Shown here in pieces: positions 1-16,369 of a stretch of DNA of 64,000 bases. The stretch spans positions 7,874,001 through 7,938,000 of the forward strand of contig OZ281495.1 in NCBI GenBank assembly GCA_965637545.1. The letters run 5' to 3'. A model generated the notes under the pieces. The model did not search any database, was not told the origin of the DNA, and worked only from the letters and a program-made list of their open reading frames with translations. The stretch is from Phallusia mammillata. Taxonomy: Eukaryota. Position 1 is the first letter of the stretch. Each line of letters starts with the position of its first letter. Position numbers and translations under genes: made by a program.

Positions 1-310
1 GTAAAAACATCCTGCAACAGTAAGTAGGTAATACTTCACTTTTCCATTTTACAAACAACTGCAAATGAAATGCATGCAAAAACATTTCACTATTGCACAT
101 AAAAGTGTCACTATTGCACAAAGAAAGCGACCACAAGCCTGCCACAAATAAGAAAAAAGGCTGGCAACAAGCTCAACGTAACAAAACACTGCGCCGGTCA
201 TATGACTGGAAACTAATTGATAAGCATGAAATCTATAGTTAGAGCTTTGTTCTATAGAAATCAGGTGAAAGTGTGTTAGACCGAAAAAACACAGGCATGG
301 AAAAAAGTCA

Positions 311-3435
<3,125 letters not shown>

Positions 3436-4293
3436 GTTTTTTCTTTCCTTTCTTTGCAAACTGACGCAAATTCAAATGCACAAAACGTGTGTCTATGCCA
3501 ATAAACACGTTAAGAATGAACGAACACCACACAATAGACACCACAAATGTAAAAAAACGCCACGATAAAGCAAACCACAAAAAAATGCCACAAAGTCAAT
3601 TTCCGTGCCACGTTGCGTAGCGAAGCGGAACCATAAACATTTCTCCCAAATCGTTATGTCACAGTGAAATCGTATTTGTTTTGATCAATAATGGCTCGAT
3701 TTTAACCCTTTTCAACTACTTCTTCAAAGATTTTTTTCAAATTCGAAGAAAAAAACGTAATAGCCTTTATATGACTATATTTCAGGAAATAAGGTCGCTC
3801 AGTAAAAGAACACATAGCGACACTATTGCATTGAGCAATCAGCAATCGTTAACCGGATATAGCTGCGCAACGTAGAAACATTATGGAGCGCAAAATAGTA
3901 GAGGACACAATTGGGGCATCATGATTTAACTTGGTATAGTACACTGCATTACAAAGCGTTTGCCTATGTGTCTGGAGAACATTTCGACTGTTTGAACTAA
4001 ATTTTAAATCCAAAAACGCCTATATTTTGTGCTCAGGAACTGCTAATAGGCTAGCACCCAAACCAAAATAAAGAACAGAAGTAAGAAATGCACAAAGATG
4101 TTTGACGACAGGCAACAGTGCATACCATTGCTTATATTCCTACATTAATATTACCTATAGCAATAAAATAAATAGATAGCGGTCATAGTTTAAAGATTAT
4201 TCATACAAAACATAACATAAGTTTATGTACAATGGTGATGTAAAAAAACAGGAGTTTCGTACATCCGTAAAACATTTTTTACTCAGATGTTTA

Positions 4294-6181
4294 TTACAGC
4301 ACTCTGCGGATTTCATTTCAGTTCTCCGCAATGAGTGCCTTGATCGGTAAGTCTCCCAATTTATTCCTGCCCATGGATTTCTTGACAGGTACATTCCATT
4401 TAAGTTAGCTTCATAACAGTACTTTCCTTTTCCGTACCACCATCCTCCATTATGGTCCACGGCACAGTTCTGACTATAAGACCATCATTGTCCCTATCGT
4501 TTGTTGAAAATGGTTTTCCATTGTGATATGCAAGAGCATCACCTACAAATTCTGGTGAAAGTTTGCCGTTATTTAAGGCAGAAATCTACTTACCAGCGGT
4601 TCCATTATATCCACTTATGTTCAGCTTGTAATTGGACTTTTCTTCGCCAATGCTAAAGTGTCTGCAAAATAAACTTTGTTGGCAATCTTTGCAACGCATG
4701 ATGATATTTATTATAACAAACACTTAATTTCCATAATTAGATTTTGGCAGCAAGTTTGACACCAACCCTCCACAATATTAGCCCTGCCCTCAACTGACCT
4801 GTACTTCGCGTATACTGTCACGTTGTCGTAATAAGTCATATCAATGCGAAGTTCGTAGTTTGTAAAAAAAGTAAGACTGTGGAGATTTTCCAGTCCTGAA
4901 AACAAAATGATAAAACTTTTATCAAATTTCAAAGAAACATTTTTTTGTGCTGTGCTATAAATTAGGGTTTTTGCTGTTATACCCATCCAATAGTATTCTG
5001 ACAAAACGCCAACCCCATTTTTATAGAATGCCTAACTCTGCTGGAAATTGACAGAGTTGTCAAAACGTCTTCGTATGTAAATTTTCAATACCTATAGGTG
5101 ATGTGAAATAGTCATATATATGTGTAAATAATTATGAAAAACTACAAACAAACGCCACCATCTCTTTCTTCTTCTGGAATGAAATTCGACAAAAATTATG
5201 TCATTACTTGTTTCACAAAGTTATCAATTTTCGATCCATCCCAGTGACGAAGCGCTTCATTAGAAGCAAATAAAATAAAAAACAACCAAGATATGCGAAT
5301 CTTCTTTATTTTCCTACCTAACCAGAAGTTTTTTGACAAATCTCCAAAGCCTGTTTTGTACCAAGCCCAGTTTCTCCGGAAGTTTACCAAATTGTCCACG
5401 CGCCAAATCTCGTTTTTCCATGCTTAAACTTTTGCCCCCAAAAATCCATGTTTCCATATTTTTCCCCTATAATCTGTTTTATGTGCGGTTATAAAACACA
5501 ATCTTGGGGAACGATATTTCCCCCCATAGTACCTAGATATATACAAATAATTGTGTACATAGCCTATATATATATTCTTATGTCCATAGAAACGCATGCC
5601 TGTGCAAATTTTAGCTAGTAGTTTGCACAAATCCATTCTGTACGACTTTCGGAAATACAAATTCCAATTTTGGCGTACTTTGAATTAATTGACTACTACT
5701 GCTGCAATCCGTTTGTAAAAGTTGTAGCTGCAGCCAAGAGAAGCACGCGCTGGTAATCAAGTACCAATTTATTACGTGATGGAGTAGCTATTGGTACGGG
5801 TTCTTGGAAAACTTCAGTCGGGAGACGGATGTCTGAAAAGTTTGAAATTAACATCCAGTTGCCACCGTCGGTCATCTGATCACAATACACTGTCATAGCC
5901 TGTAAACATCATCGTGAAAAGGAAAAATCGTATAAACTCCGCTGGTGTTTGCTTGTTTTCGAACATCCTGGCAGCTCGTAGGGAACTCAGGAGCTAAATC
6001 CAAATGTTTCTTTTAAGTTCTTTGCAACAAGGTATAGAGATGCAAATATATTTAGGAGATATTTAAAACCTTAAGGAAGAACCTTTACTCTTGCATGTGG
6101 TTTGTAAAGAAGTCAATTGTTCTGGCATGGGCTGCAAGTCAATTCAAGGTCCCAATTCTGATGTCTTTACTTGCGTATAGT
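4294..6181 (-). pseudogene. Fibrinogen-related domain (FReD; ficolin/angiopoietin/tenascin-C-terminal-like) pseudogene
   Basis: Exons give PTSCQDV..SGVYTIFP, VYCDQMTDGGNW, NWAWYKTGFGDLSKNFWLG, GLENLHSLT..YELRID, YKLNISGYNGTAGDAL.YHNG.PFST.DRDND, NCAVDHNGGWWY..CYEANLNG. Disabled by frameshifts near 5905, 4480 and 4312, TAG at 5032-5034 and TGA at 6144-6146. Confidence 0.85.
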
Positions 6182-6202
6182 CTATTTACTTTGTTGTACA
6201 TA

Positions 6203-7657
6203 CACTCTAAAAAAAATGAATGAAGTTTGAATGAAATTTCCTGCCAACCTTTCAAAGACTGAACCGATTTGAATAATTTACTTGATTCATTTTTTTAAAT
6301 GAATGGAAAGATTGAATTCAGCAGTTTTTAATCTTTTTTTGAATGATCTGTTTTATTGAGATTTTTGAATGATTAGAATAGTTGAAATCTCACATGAAAA
6401 GTCTTTTAAATACTGAAATCTTCAGTGGTGTCTTTTTATTGTGAAACGAAATGCATAAGACACATCACGTGTACACCGACACACATCAGAGAGGCAGTGA
6501 TCACAGCACATTGTGTCAAAAATTGAAACAGTGCACTTCAAATAGAAGCAAACATTTTTTCAAATGCACACAAGTCTGACCCTTCTGGCCAAATGTCACT
6601 GGTGATTCCAAATTAAGAAAGAACTCGTCAGGTTAAACCTTTGGCCCAACGATACCAAAACAAATAACAGAAAAGTATCATCCTTCCGTTTCATGTTGAG
6701 AGATGGCATTTGAACAGGTATAATGCTGATAGATTCTCTGTAAAAGCAAAATATTAGCAGTTGGTTAGTGCTAAATGCTCCCTTATTTCGAACAATAGTT
6801 TGTCATAAACCCACAACACACATTGTTATAACAATGTACAAATCAACATTTTATGCTTTTTATCGCAGTGTTTATTTTGCAGATGTTTTCATAACCCTTT
6901 TCCATCATTGCTAAATCAACGTTTAAAACAGGTAGAAATAATGTTAGACATCTATTATCAATACACACAGAACACTAGTGCCAATACTTAAATAAAATAA
7001 AAAGTATCTTACTTTTCATCTCTTCTCCAATTGTCAATTGAGCTCTTTTCGTTTGATAACAATAACAAGCCCTTGATATACAGTGAGCAAATTTCCTTTT
7101 CTTTCATTTTCTTTATATCGCATCCACTTAGATGTAACCTTTCTCATTTTACCGACTATAACACCAACAATTTACTGAGTTACCGAGTATTGCTCTTCCA
7201 GGAGTTTTATTGTAAATAATCGACGTTTTTTTACAATAAAACTGCTGGAAGAGCAATACTCGGTTAAACTTTATGCCTGGCAGCAATAGCCTATTTCAAT
7301 TCCAAAAACCGTTTAGCAGCATATTCGCGCACTTTCGCCATATAACGGCGGCCAGATACTAAGGCATGCTGGGCAACTTTTGAGCGAGGGGAGTTCGTGA
7401 GGTTGGAATGCATTGTTAGCCATAATTCAATTATGACCTCACCAACTAACTGGCCAATCGGAGCGCCTTCTCATTTCTCTGCGATTGGCGCGCAAATTCA
7501 TAGTAGGAAAAAAGGGAATCTCGCAACCAATAAAAAACTTTTTTCTCGCAATTCGGGTACTGTGAATGAAAACTTCACACAACGACGCCGTGAAAGATTG
7601 AAAAAGACTTGTATCTTTCAAAAGATTCACAAAAATGAATGAAGTTTTTTTAGAGTG
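6203..7657. mobile_element. Non-autonomous CACTA/EnSpm-like DNA element with TA target duplication
   Basis: 13-bp TIR CACTCTAAAAAAA / TTTTTTTAGAGTG flanked by TA at 6201-6202 and 7658-7659. TGAA(T)-rich subterminal repeats at both ends. Confidence 0.65.
7182..7264. repeat. Near-perfect 35-bp inverted repeat (hairpin, 13-nt loop)
   Basis: Arm 7182-7216 ACCGAGTATTGCTCTTCCAGGAGTTTTATTGTAAA pairs with 7230-7264 with one mismatch. Confidence 0.9.
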
Positions 7658-10600
7658 TATGGAAGAAGTATATTTTTAATGTTTAAGGAAGGATTTTGTC
7701 AAAAAAGGTGTCAAACATTGCTTCAGTAAAACCCAATTCTATCATGATTTTCGCACTTCTGCATAAATATCAAACTTGCTTTACCAAGAAATCTCTTAGT
7801 CAAGTTTTAACTACATGACTTTGTTTAGGGAAATAATGTTCTTTTTCACACTTTTTGAAATATTTGAAGCGGGATAATAAACCCATGGGCAGTTGAAAGG
7901 CTATGTATGGTACCGGATCATGCCATATCTTTTGAATATAACGGTAACGAGATTTACTACGAACCCAAATCGCTTTCACGCTTCCTACAGGCCTAGTAGC
8001 ACTTCTCAAACTGCCAAGTATTTTCATCTTTTAAATTGGTAAGTCTAGTGTAAGTTATTAATGTTGAATGTACAGGATGCTTCTCCACCGAGTAATGCCT
8101 CACTAAGCAAGGAAAGAGGCAAGAAAAAAGACGTAAAAGAGACTTAGTGATGTGTAAGATGTTTTGTTGTTTTAAGTGTAAGAAACCTGTAGCTGGGGTC
8201 GTAACGATTCAATTTTTAAAGCGATTTTGATTTTGCGATTCAAGTCTCATCAGAACAAAACACTGTTTTCATCACCAAATTGTATGATGTACGGCAGAAG
8301 TAATATACATGGTAATGTTTGTGTTCTTTATAAGCTATTGGTGCCGTGTTAATACAAAAAGACCACATAACAGAGAGATATGATCGATTTAAATAAGGTT
8401 TAAAACTTTTTTTCGGCAAAATACTTTCCTAATCTTACCTTTCCACTTTGCTTCAGTTGAACTGTTGATTTGTTTCAACAAGTTGGTCTGCAAACCTGGA
8501 AAAAGGCGATGAATAAATTAGATCGTACGAATAAATTAGGCTGATTGGGGTCACCTCAAGTTGGCGGGTTCATGGCACCAGAAAGGTTCCGCTGGCTTAG
8601 AGGAAGCATTGTAGTTTTAGTTTCGTTTTGCGCAATGGCAACTTTTCATGTCGCTATTTCGAGATCATTCACTCTACGCAACCTTTTCGCGTCGGTATAG
8701 CTTGGGATCAATCATTTCGCGAAAACCATTGTGTAAAAGTGTTAATGAGGTGGGAGGAGTTTTTTAAAATCCCCACAAAACACAATTTTCTAAAAACGTC
8801 CCTAATTTTTCTCTCGTTTAAAATGCTGGTGATGTAAATCAAAATATCAACACACTTAAGGTTTGAGTTCGCATAACCTTTACATAAGTATTTGTTCGTG
8901 CCCCTCAGTTCGAAGCAAACAACTTTTGCAAAAATTTTAAATCTTGAATGTTATAACACAGTGTAAAAATGAGATGGTCCAATCTTACCACGTGTTGTTT
9001 CTATTTCCACTTTAGCAGAAATCTGGTGAAAAAGAAATGGGTTAGTTAGTGATGTACCGACATTTCTTCATGTTTTATAAACAATATACATATCGTTAAA
9101 AAAGTTTTTATTTTATTGAGTCTTTTGGGATATTTTTCGCAAAAGTTTTCTAATGGAAAATGACACAGTGTGAAGCGGAAAATCGCATTAGCGTCGCAAT
9201 TAAATACTGACAGGTTTTTTGTACATCTTTGTCTTGAGAAAAATATGTGTTTTAAGTTGGTTGAGGTAAAATCTACAACGCGGATCTCAAACACGCGGTC
9301 CACGAAATAATTTTACAAGCAACGTGTTTTCCCGGAGTCAAATACAGTGCCCGATCACAGATTAAACCCATTATTAGTCATGGCTTAGATTCGACGATTT
9401 TTAAGGGTGCTCGTAGTGGCCTAAAATAGTTTTAAGAATCAGCAAATGCTATTATTGCGTCAATTTTTTCATTGTAGCGTCCATGTATACCTTCGTTTTT
9501 CAACATAGTGATTTAGCACCGCTGGTATTTTCACTATAAGTTTACTATTTTTTATATCTTTATGTTATTGATTACATTACAGCAATTTTTGTGGTTAATG
9601 GTACGAATACACAATATTTCTGTTTTTGCAATATTTTTGTCAACAAAAGTTCCATAAGTGTGGCTCCAGACTTACTTAAAGTATTTTTGCTTTAGTTTAT
9701 GACCCCTGATCTACAGTGTAGTAAATATAATTGCAACTTAAAACAGCTTTAAACGAAAACCCTGTTGGGCGCCGAAACATAGCACCTTTATAGGGATTCA
9801 AATTTGTAAGCGTTCCCACATTTTAAACTCAGTCCCAATGCGGAGATGCTTTTAAAGCCCGTATTGAGACCGAATATGTAGTTTACCAACAAGCCTACAT
9901 TAAAGATATACAGATTTTATTACGTACACAACAATTAAAAATATATAATCCATTAGCGTGCACACAATTAGCATTTAGCCATTTATTTATTATGTTTGTG
10001 ATTTTTAAAAATTGTAACCAGGACGTAGCCCTGCAACCGGCAAAATGCCCAGTCCGAGTTCTTTGGTGGCACAAAAGTAACTCGTTTACCAAATCGCTTA
10101 TAATTCAGGCCTCTTTATAATTCAGGTTAACAAAACATTATGTCAAGACAACCAAAAACAAAAGTCAGATCCACAAAGGTAAAAAGTTATAACTAAAATT
10201 TGGAGTTCAACTTGAACTTAAACAATCCTAATCCTACCTACCATAACATTGCTCTTCCATTTCCATACCAGGCTGGTCTCGGTTCTGTGCCCTCATTGTC
10301 TTTAGCAGTTGCTTGTAAAATATATTACCCAAACAAAGTATAACTCTAATTAGCAGTGCTTTTTTATGCTTTAATTAGGCCTGGAATAGTTACAGAGCGT
10401 TGTGTTTTCTATGAAGGCTGTCTTGACCTTTCTAGTTCCGCGTAAAAAAGCATAGTCAGAATTATTTTTAAACCGGACGGGATTTCCCACTAGCATATAG
10501 AATGACGATGATTTACCTTTTAATGACTCTTTATTGCTGCCGGGTGTCATTTAAAGAAAAGCATGAGCTCAAGATAAATATACTGGCTCTAATTTTTTTG

Positions 10601-11064
10601 CTCAGATTATTTTTATGGTTTTTTAAGAAAATACTAAACTTACTATAAGTGGTTTACCAAACTTAATTGTTGTATGTGTTGTATAGTAAAATACATAATT
10701 CTGTCATATGTGTTCTACACAAAGTGGTAATAATTAAGAACCGAAATTGCGGCCCAATCCCGAGAGTACAAGCCCGAATCCTCATCGAACCTAAACTCGG
10801 TGAGAAATCCTAACAGTAATTTCGGGCCCATTTCTCCTTTGTTGTTGGATGGCAAAAGGACGTAGTGTTTCACACACTCTTTCAAAAAGCGAACTTTATG
10901 CAAACAATCTTGGTATTCAGTGATAACCGTTTGCATATTAAAATCAAAGCTGTACTAATGCAGAAATCGTCTAAGTTCGCGTATGGCCGTATGCTTAACA
11001 GACGATTGCGATTTAGAAAGCAACATAGCGAGTAAAGAACAACACGTAGTAAGTTAAATTTTTA

Positions 11065-11828
11065 GACGAACATTGCGACATATGCAAACAAGTTAGACAG
11101 CCTACGTGATATTCTGATTAAATGTTAATGGCTCCTTGCGAAGTTCATGGTCATAAACGTTACATACAAAAGAAAGCAACAAAGCGAGTAAAGAATAACA
11201 CATCAGCAAGTTTAAACATGTACACGCGATACGGACAATCGTGGCGGTGGCAGCGTTGAGCCTGTGACTGACTAAACTTGGTACCACGAAGTTATGATGT
11301 ACATCCGCGATTCTTCTGATAAGGTAAAAATGCCAAAGTAAAAGTAATATCATAATTATTTCACAAACAATTTTTGCATTAATTTTGAAACAAGTAGGGG
11401 TTTTAAATGTTCAAATTTGGGTTTCAAATGATTAAAACAAATACGCTTTCACTTATGTGACAAATGTGACACCGCAATTTGAAAACATGTAGTTTTGTTA
11501 CGCTTGGCGAAGCGACGTTGAAAGTTTTAACGGAAAGTGGCTTAGTAGCATTGTTTGTAAAACAATTATGATATTACATTTTTGCATCCTCAAAAAAATC
11601 ACGGCTGTACATCATCACTTCGTGAAACAAAGTTATAATCAGTCACTGACTTCCGTCGCCAAGAATGACCGCAAGCATGTTGAAACTTGTGTTATTCTTC
11701 ACTCGCTTTGTAGCTTTCTTTCGTATTAAAACGTTTATGACCATGAACTTCGCAAGAGGCCATTAACATTCAATCAGAATGTCACGTAGGCTGTTTATCT
11801 TGTTTGCATGTGGCCGAAGGAGTTCGTC
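11065..11828. repeat. Foldback/MITE-like element with ~150-bp imperfect inverted arms
   Basis: About 11065-11220 is the reverse complement of about 11676-11828 (e.g. CAGCCTACGTGA, TTGCGAAGTTCATGGTCATAAACGT). No clear TSD. Confidence 0.75.
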
Positions 11829-12547
11829 CTGGTCTGTTGTAATGTTGACCTTCAAATTTGCCTTGTGACGGCGTCTTTTGTGGCAGGGTAAAAATATGTT
11901 GTTCCAACTCTAATCTGTAACCGTGTGTCTGGGCGCCGCACAGCATTAAACAGCCGTGAAGGCATTTACAAATTCGTGTTGATGAATAGTAGGAAATTCA
12001 TTGCACCATGAAAAGAAATGTAGTAGGCCTTAAATATAGTTTAAATATATTGGCAGCGGCCAAAATATCTTTTTCTGGTATTCGGTTATGTGCATTGGCC
12101 AGTAGAATGGTAATAATTGCTTTTCAAATTATTGGTATTATAGTCGTAGTTTATCGTTAAACCTAAAAACAAAGAAATTTTTTTTACCTTATATAATATA
12201 CGACGTTTTATTTGTTCGGCCAAGTCAGCTACAGATATGCGAGAATCGATTTCATGCAACAAGCAAGATGTTGCATCATCTCTTAGTATTGGGCAAATGT
12301 TGCGAAATCAAATACTCATAAACAAAGATTTACAACTTGGTCGCGTTGCTACTTAATTCTTCCGCAAGGCAAGTCAGTTTGCTTTGATACTGCGACAATG
12401 CGATTACGTATTTATGTCTAATGCCAAAAACAGATATTACACATTTACAGATGTTTTTTTAATTGCTGAAATTGTAACTAAGTTACTTTCGTTTTCGTTT
12501 CCTCAAAAACGATTTTTCTGGTAACCAGATTTTGTGTATGTGCGAGA

Positions 12548-14169
12548 ATGTCCAAATTAGAGACGCACGGACCAACAAACGGTAAGATATAATGAACATT
12601 TTAATTCAAAAATTTGGTTGTTGAAATAATCGAAAAGTTGCTGCGAACACAAAAGTTCAGTCTGGTGCTCTGATTACTGCTGCAGGTGAGGAGTTTAGAT
12701 GAGAAAAATAAAGTGAAATTTCTTATACTCTCGTTTAAATGCCACGAATTCGTTTAAACTCGTAATTACTGTAGTTCACTCGTTTTTATAACACGCAGGT
12801 TGTTAATCCATCGGGTTTGCGTTTGCAAAGGCACTGTAATCGAAATAGAAAAGTTAAACAAGATTCTATTATAAAAAGTTTGACTCGATTCCAAACCATT
12901 TAGCCAAAAAACTTTGATTTTGGTCATCGATAGTTGACTCAGAGAGGCGACACAAGAGTGGTTTAAACTGGAAAAGAGTTTTTATTTGTTTCAATGCAAA
13001 ATCGGAAAGCGATCAAAGGTATGAGGAAGAACTGAGAAGAATTGAAAAGCAACGAGAGGAGTTAATTCAAAAAGCACGGCAGGATGAAGGTATTACTTCT
13101 CGTTTTTTTTTTGATGCAATATTGTCAATGTAAAGTGTGGATAGGACAGATCTGGAAAAAACTTCTAGTGCGAGAAACAGATTCTTTTATTGAAGCAAGT
13201 TAAATGCACGTTAGAAACGCGTATTTCTGTAGATATATCGACCAAACACAGATACAATAAAAAAATGTAATGTACCCAATTTTATTAGTCCAGGGCTTCA
13301 AATTGCTCAGATTGCAATCACAGTTAACTAAGCGTTGCAAAATTTGTGATTGGCAATTAGTAAAATAAATAAATAAAAGAACGGGAAAAAGGTCTAAAGA
13401 TGTCAAGATGTACTTCAACCATAGACGCGTACATTGTAAGACCAAAACGCAGAAATTTAAAGGCCAATGAGTTTGACGCTTATTGTACCTAAATGTTGAT
13501 ACACTTTTGCCTTCCTAAGGGACTCATCGTAGGCAAAGCATAGCCAGGGGTCGACAACTTATGGCACGGGTGTCAACTACTTTTTGACATAATTAAAACT
13601 ATCATATTGCTTGTTTTGAGTTTGTTATAAAGTCATGATAAGCCAGTATATACGTTCAAATCCGTCTGCTTTTGGATTACTATTCAAACATATGGCACAA
13701 AACAACCATTACAGTTAAATGTGTGTGCACGCAAAGTCATTATCAGTTTGACTAAACAAAAAAATTGGCACGCGGCTTTTGAAAGGTTGCCGACCCCTAG
13801 GATTTCCTTTAATAAACAAAGGCTCCTCAATTCCACGTAACACTATTGTTGCGTCTTTAATTGTCGCAATAAGTCCTATCGTAATTTCCCCTTTGTTTAG
13901 CTTGTCCCTTTACAATATCTCGTCTCCCAGCTCAATCTATATTGTCGAAGCTCAAAACAAATATTAACCTTGGAGTGCTTTAAACAGATCCTATTCATTT
14001 GAGGGCAACCGCTGAGGTCACACACAATGACGGAACCACCTCGGGGCATTTCTCGTTGTATGCTACCGCTCCGGATGATAAAGTGAAAGAACTTAAAGCT
14101 CAGTTACCGCCCTACGCACAAGTGTTCGGAAGGAGAAACAAACAAACAACATCAGAAATCAAGAAATAA
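12548..14169 (+). CDS. Small uncharacterised protein A, 123 aa, 3 exons, coiled-coil segment
   Basis: Exons 12548-12581, 12934-13089 and 13988-14169, GT-AG, phase 1/1, open throughout: MSKLETHGPTN-VDSERRHKSGLNWKRVFICFNAKSESDQRYEEELRRIEKQREELIQKARQDE-DPIHLRATAEVTHNDGTTSGHFSLYATAPDD... Confidence 0.6.
13545..13799. mobile_element. hAT-Charlie-like MITE in intron of gene A
   Basis: Termini CAGGGGTCGACAAC / GGTTGCCGACCCCTA. TSD not preserved. Confidence 0.6.
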
Positions 14170-14473
14170 TTTTTTTTCATTTTAACACAGATTTAAAATT
14201 ATGTTTCAAATTGTTTTCACTTATACCACATTAGATTTATTGCTTTGATTTTATTTTGTTTCGGGAAAAATTTAAAGCATTTAAACAAATTGCGTGCAAT
14301 TTTAATTGTTTTTCGACTGCATCATCTTTAGTGCTTATATGCGCACCGTTTTGCATTTTTCACCAATATGACGTACATATCGATACAGTTGGCAGCATGT
14401 GTATGAGAATTTTTTTGATTGCAGGTTGTATACTTAGGTATATAGTGGAGTGGTTAAGGCTAAAAACGCTGCA

Positions 14474-14937
14474 ATGAATTTTACATTTGCACCTACAGCA
14501 CACTTTGATTTGGACAGGACCAACAAAAGAGTCGAAGAAATTCACAAAAAAACGCTACAACTGAAACTAGAAACCATGCAGATTGAAGTGGATACCGTTA
14601 AGGCGAGCCAAGGTATTGGTTTAGTTCATTATATTGTCGCTACGTTTCTGGGCATTACATTTAAGATTACGACGCAACATTTGCATCAAAGACACAGAGA
14701 CAGTACTATTGTTTTTCTTTTGAACTACTAGTTCGATACCCTACATCATTTGTTTCAATGCCCTGTTTTCTCTTTAAAGGAAAGACTTCATTTTGTTTCA
14801 CTGGACCAGAATATCATGAAGACGGAACTATCACTGGTGAACCAGTTTTAGAAATGAGAACGTCTGGAACCGGTTTAAAACAAATCGCAAATGCCCTGAA
14901 ACAGCAACATCAATACCAAAGCTTGAAATACAAATAA
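14474..14937 (+). CDS. Small uncharacterised protein B, ~98 aa; 5' end uncertain
   Basis: Exon 14474 (or acceptor at 14499) to 14612, ..RTNKRVEEIHKKTLQLKLETMQIEVDTVKASQ, phase-1 GT donor. Terminal exon 14780-14937, GKTSFCFTGPEYHEDGTITGEPVLEM..KYK*. Confidence 0.55.
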
Positions 14938-15529
14938 TTTTAAAAAATCAAATGAAGGATTAAACAAAAATTCTTTGTATGCTACTAATTGAAAAAATAA
15001 TGCAATTTTCACCAAAACCAAATGTCTTACTTTTACAATTTTATTCTAAACAATATCTTTGTAAATATGCTACATTTACTGGAAGTGTTCTGTGAAAATC
15101 TCTCGTTATTGTGACGGCATTGTCTTTTGTGTTTTTATTTGATTTTAGGTTTATGTTCGTGTGTGTTAAACCGGATAGCTGTAAATCTATCCTACAGAAT
15201 GCAAAAAAAATGTTTCATAACCATTTTACATAACGAAGTCGTTTATTACGTAATTATGCCGCAAATTAACGTACGTTATTGGTTTTAGTTTTTCTGTTTT
15301 TCATTCAGTTTTTGTTTAATTCTGAATTTTTAACGCAAAATTTCAAACTTGCAAATGCGGCATAAAATAATTTTTTTTAAGGCCGGTTGTAAGTGTACGA
15401 CAGTGTTTCGAATTTCACGAAAATTTTAAAATTTTAAAAAATTAAAAGTTTTTGTGCTTTAAATTAATTTCTTATGTTTTTCTGTAAGGTTAACCATAGA
15501 TTCGGATTGAAACCTGTTGAGTGTAAAAA

Positions 15530-15896
15530 ATGGGAAATGGATCTGTAAAGCAAGAAATCGCCGAAGCGGAACACGAGAAAGCGCTGCAGGAATATAAAAG
15601 AGCACGTTTAGAGCAGGCTCACACTCAACTACAACAGGGTAAAAACTTTTGTTATTGTAAGGCTCTTAAGTTATTTTCGAACTTCTGTTTGTTTGTTGCC
15701 AGACCAAGTTCATTTGAGGATTAGAGAACCAAGAATAAATCATAATGGTAGAAGGGTTGGAAGACAGCAAGTCTACTACGATGGTCCAAACTACGCCCAA
15801 CCATATGCTTTAAAAGTAGTTGACATCAACAGTCGGGCTATGACATGGTACCAGCATCAAGCTATCGCACCAGAACAAAGATATTATCAAAATTAG
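15530..15896 (+). CDS. Small uncharacterised protein C, 100 aa, Met-Gly start
   Basis: Exons 15530-15638 (MGNGSVKQEIAEAEHEKALQEYKRARLEQAHTQLQQ) and 15703-15896 (DQVHLRIREPRINHNGRRVG..YYQN*), phase-1 GT-AG intron. Confidence 0.65.
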
Positions 15897-16369
15897 CGCC
15901 AGATGTATTCATAAAACTTGACCGCTAAATTGTTTAGCCTTTGATTTTTTGCATTTTGAAATCATTTTGTATGTGTATAGTGTGGGAAAATGTGCATTAA
16001 CAAGTGCATTAAAATGTGCATTAACTACTTGAAACAAATGACTTGAAAGATATTCGTAAGAACTACAAGCCATTAGTCCATTTACTGTTCAATTTTATTT
16101 TTTTAAACTAGTTAGTGTTTACTCGTATTTACTTCTTGCATTAGATTGAGTATGCACGTATTCCAATTTGCAAGTTTTGCGCACCCGTCTAACGGAACAT
16201 TGTTAGTATAAAGCATTTTCCATTTAAGCATGTTCAACGTTCTCCCGTATTTGACGAAAAAACGATTTCCTAATACGTTCTATTTTTGTATTAAATGATT
16301 TTGTTTTTTTACATTCCAGAAGGTTTATAGCTTTTGTGCTGTTGTGTAATTTTCCACTAAAGTTTTATA

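Noticed and set aside
1-30. Acceptor-like TTGCAG at 13-18 on the minus strand as the start of GFUS exon 5
   Set aside because: The 12 nt that follow (GAT GTT TTT AC) do not match the expected GKIVFDTT, and the window ends there.
10715-10936. 73-aa ORF containing KGEMGP (collagen-like)
   Set aside because: Only two Gly-X-Y triplets, and it could not be linked to other exons.
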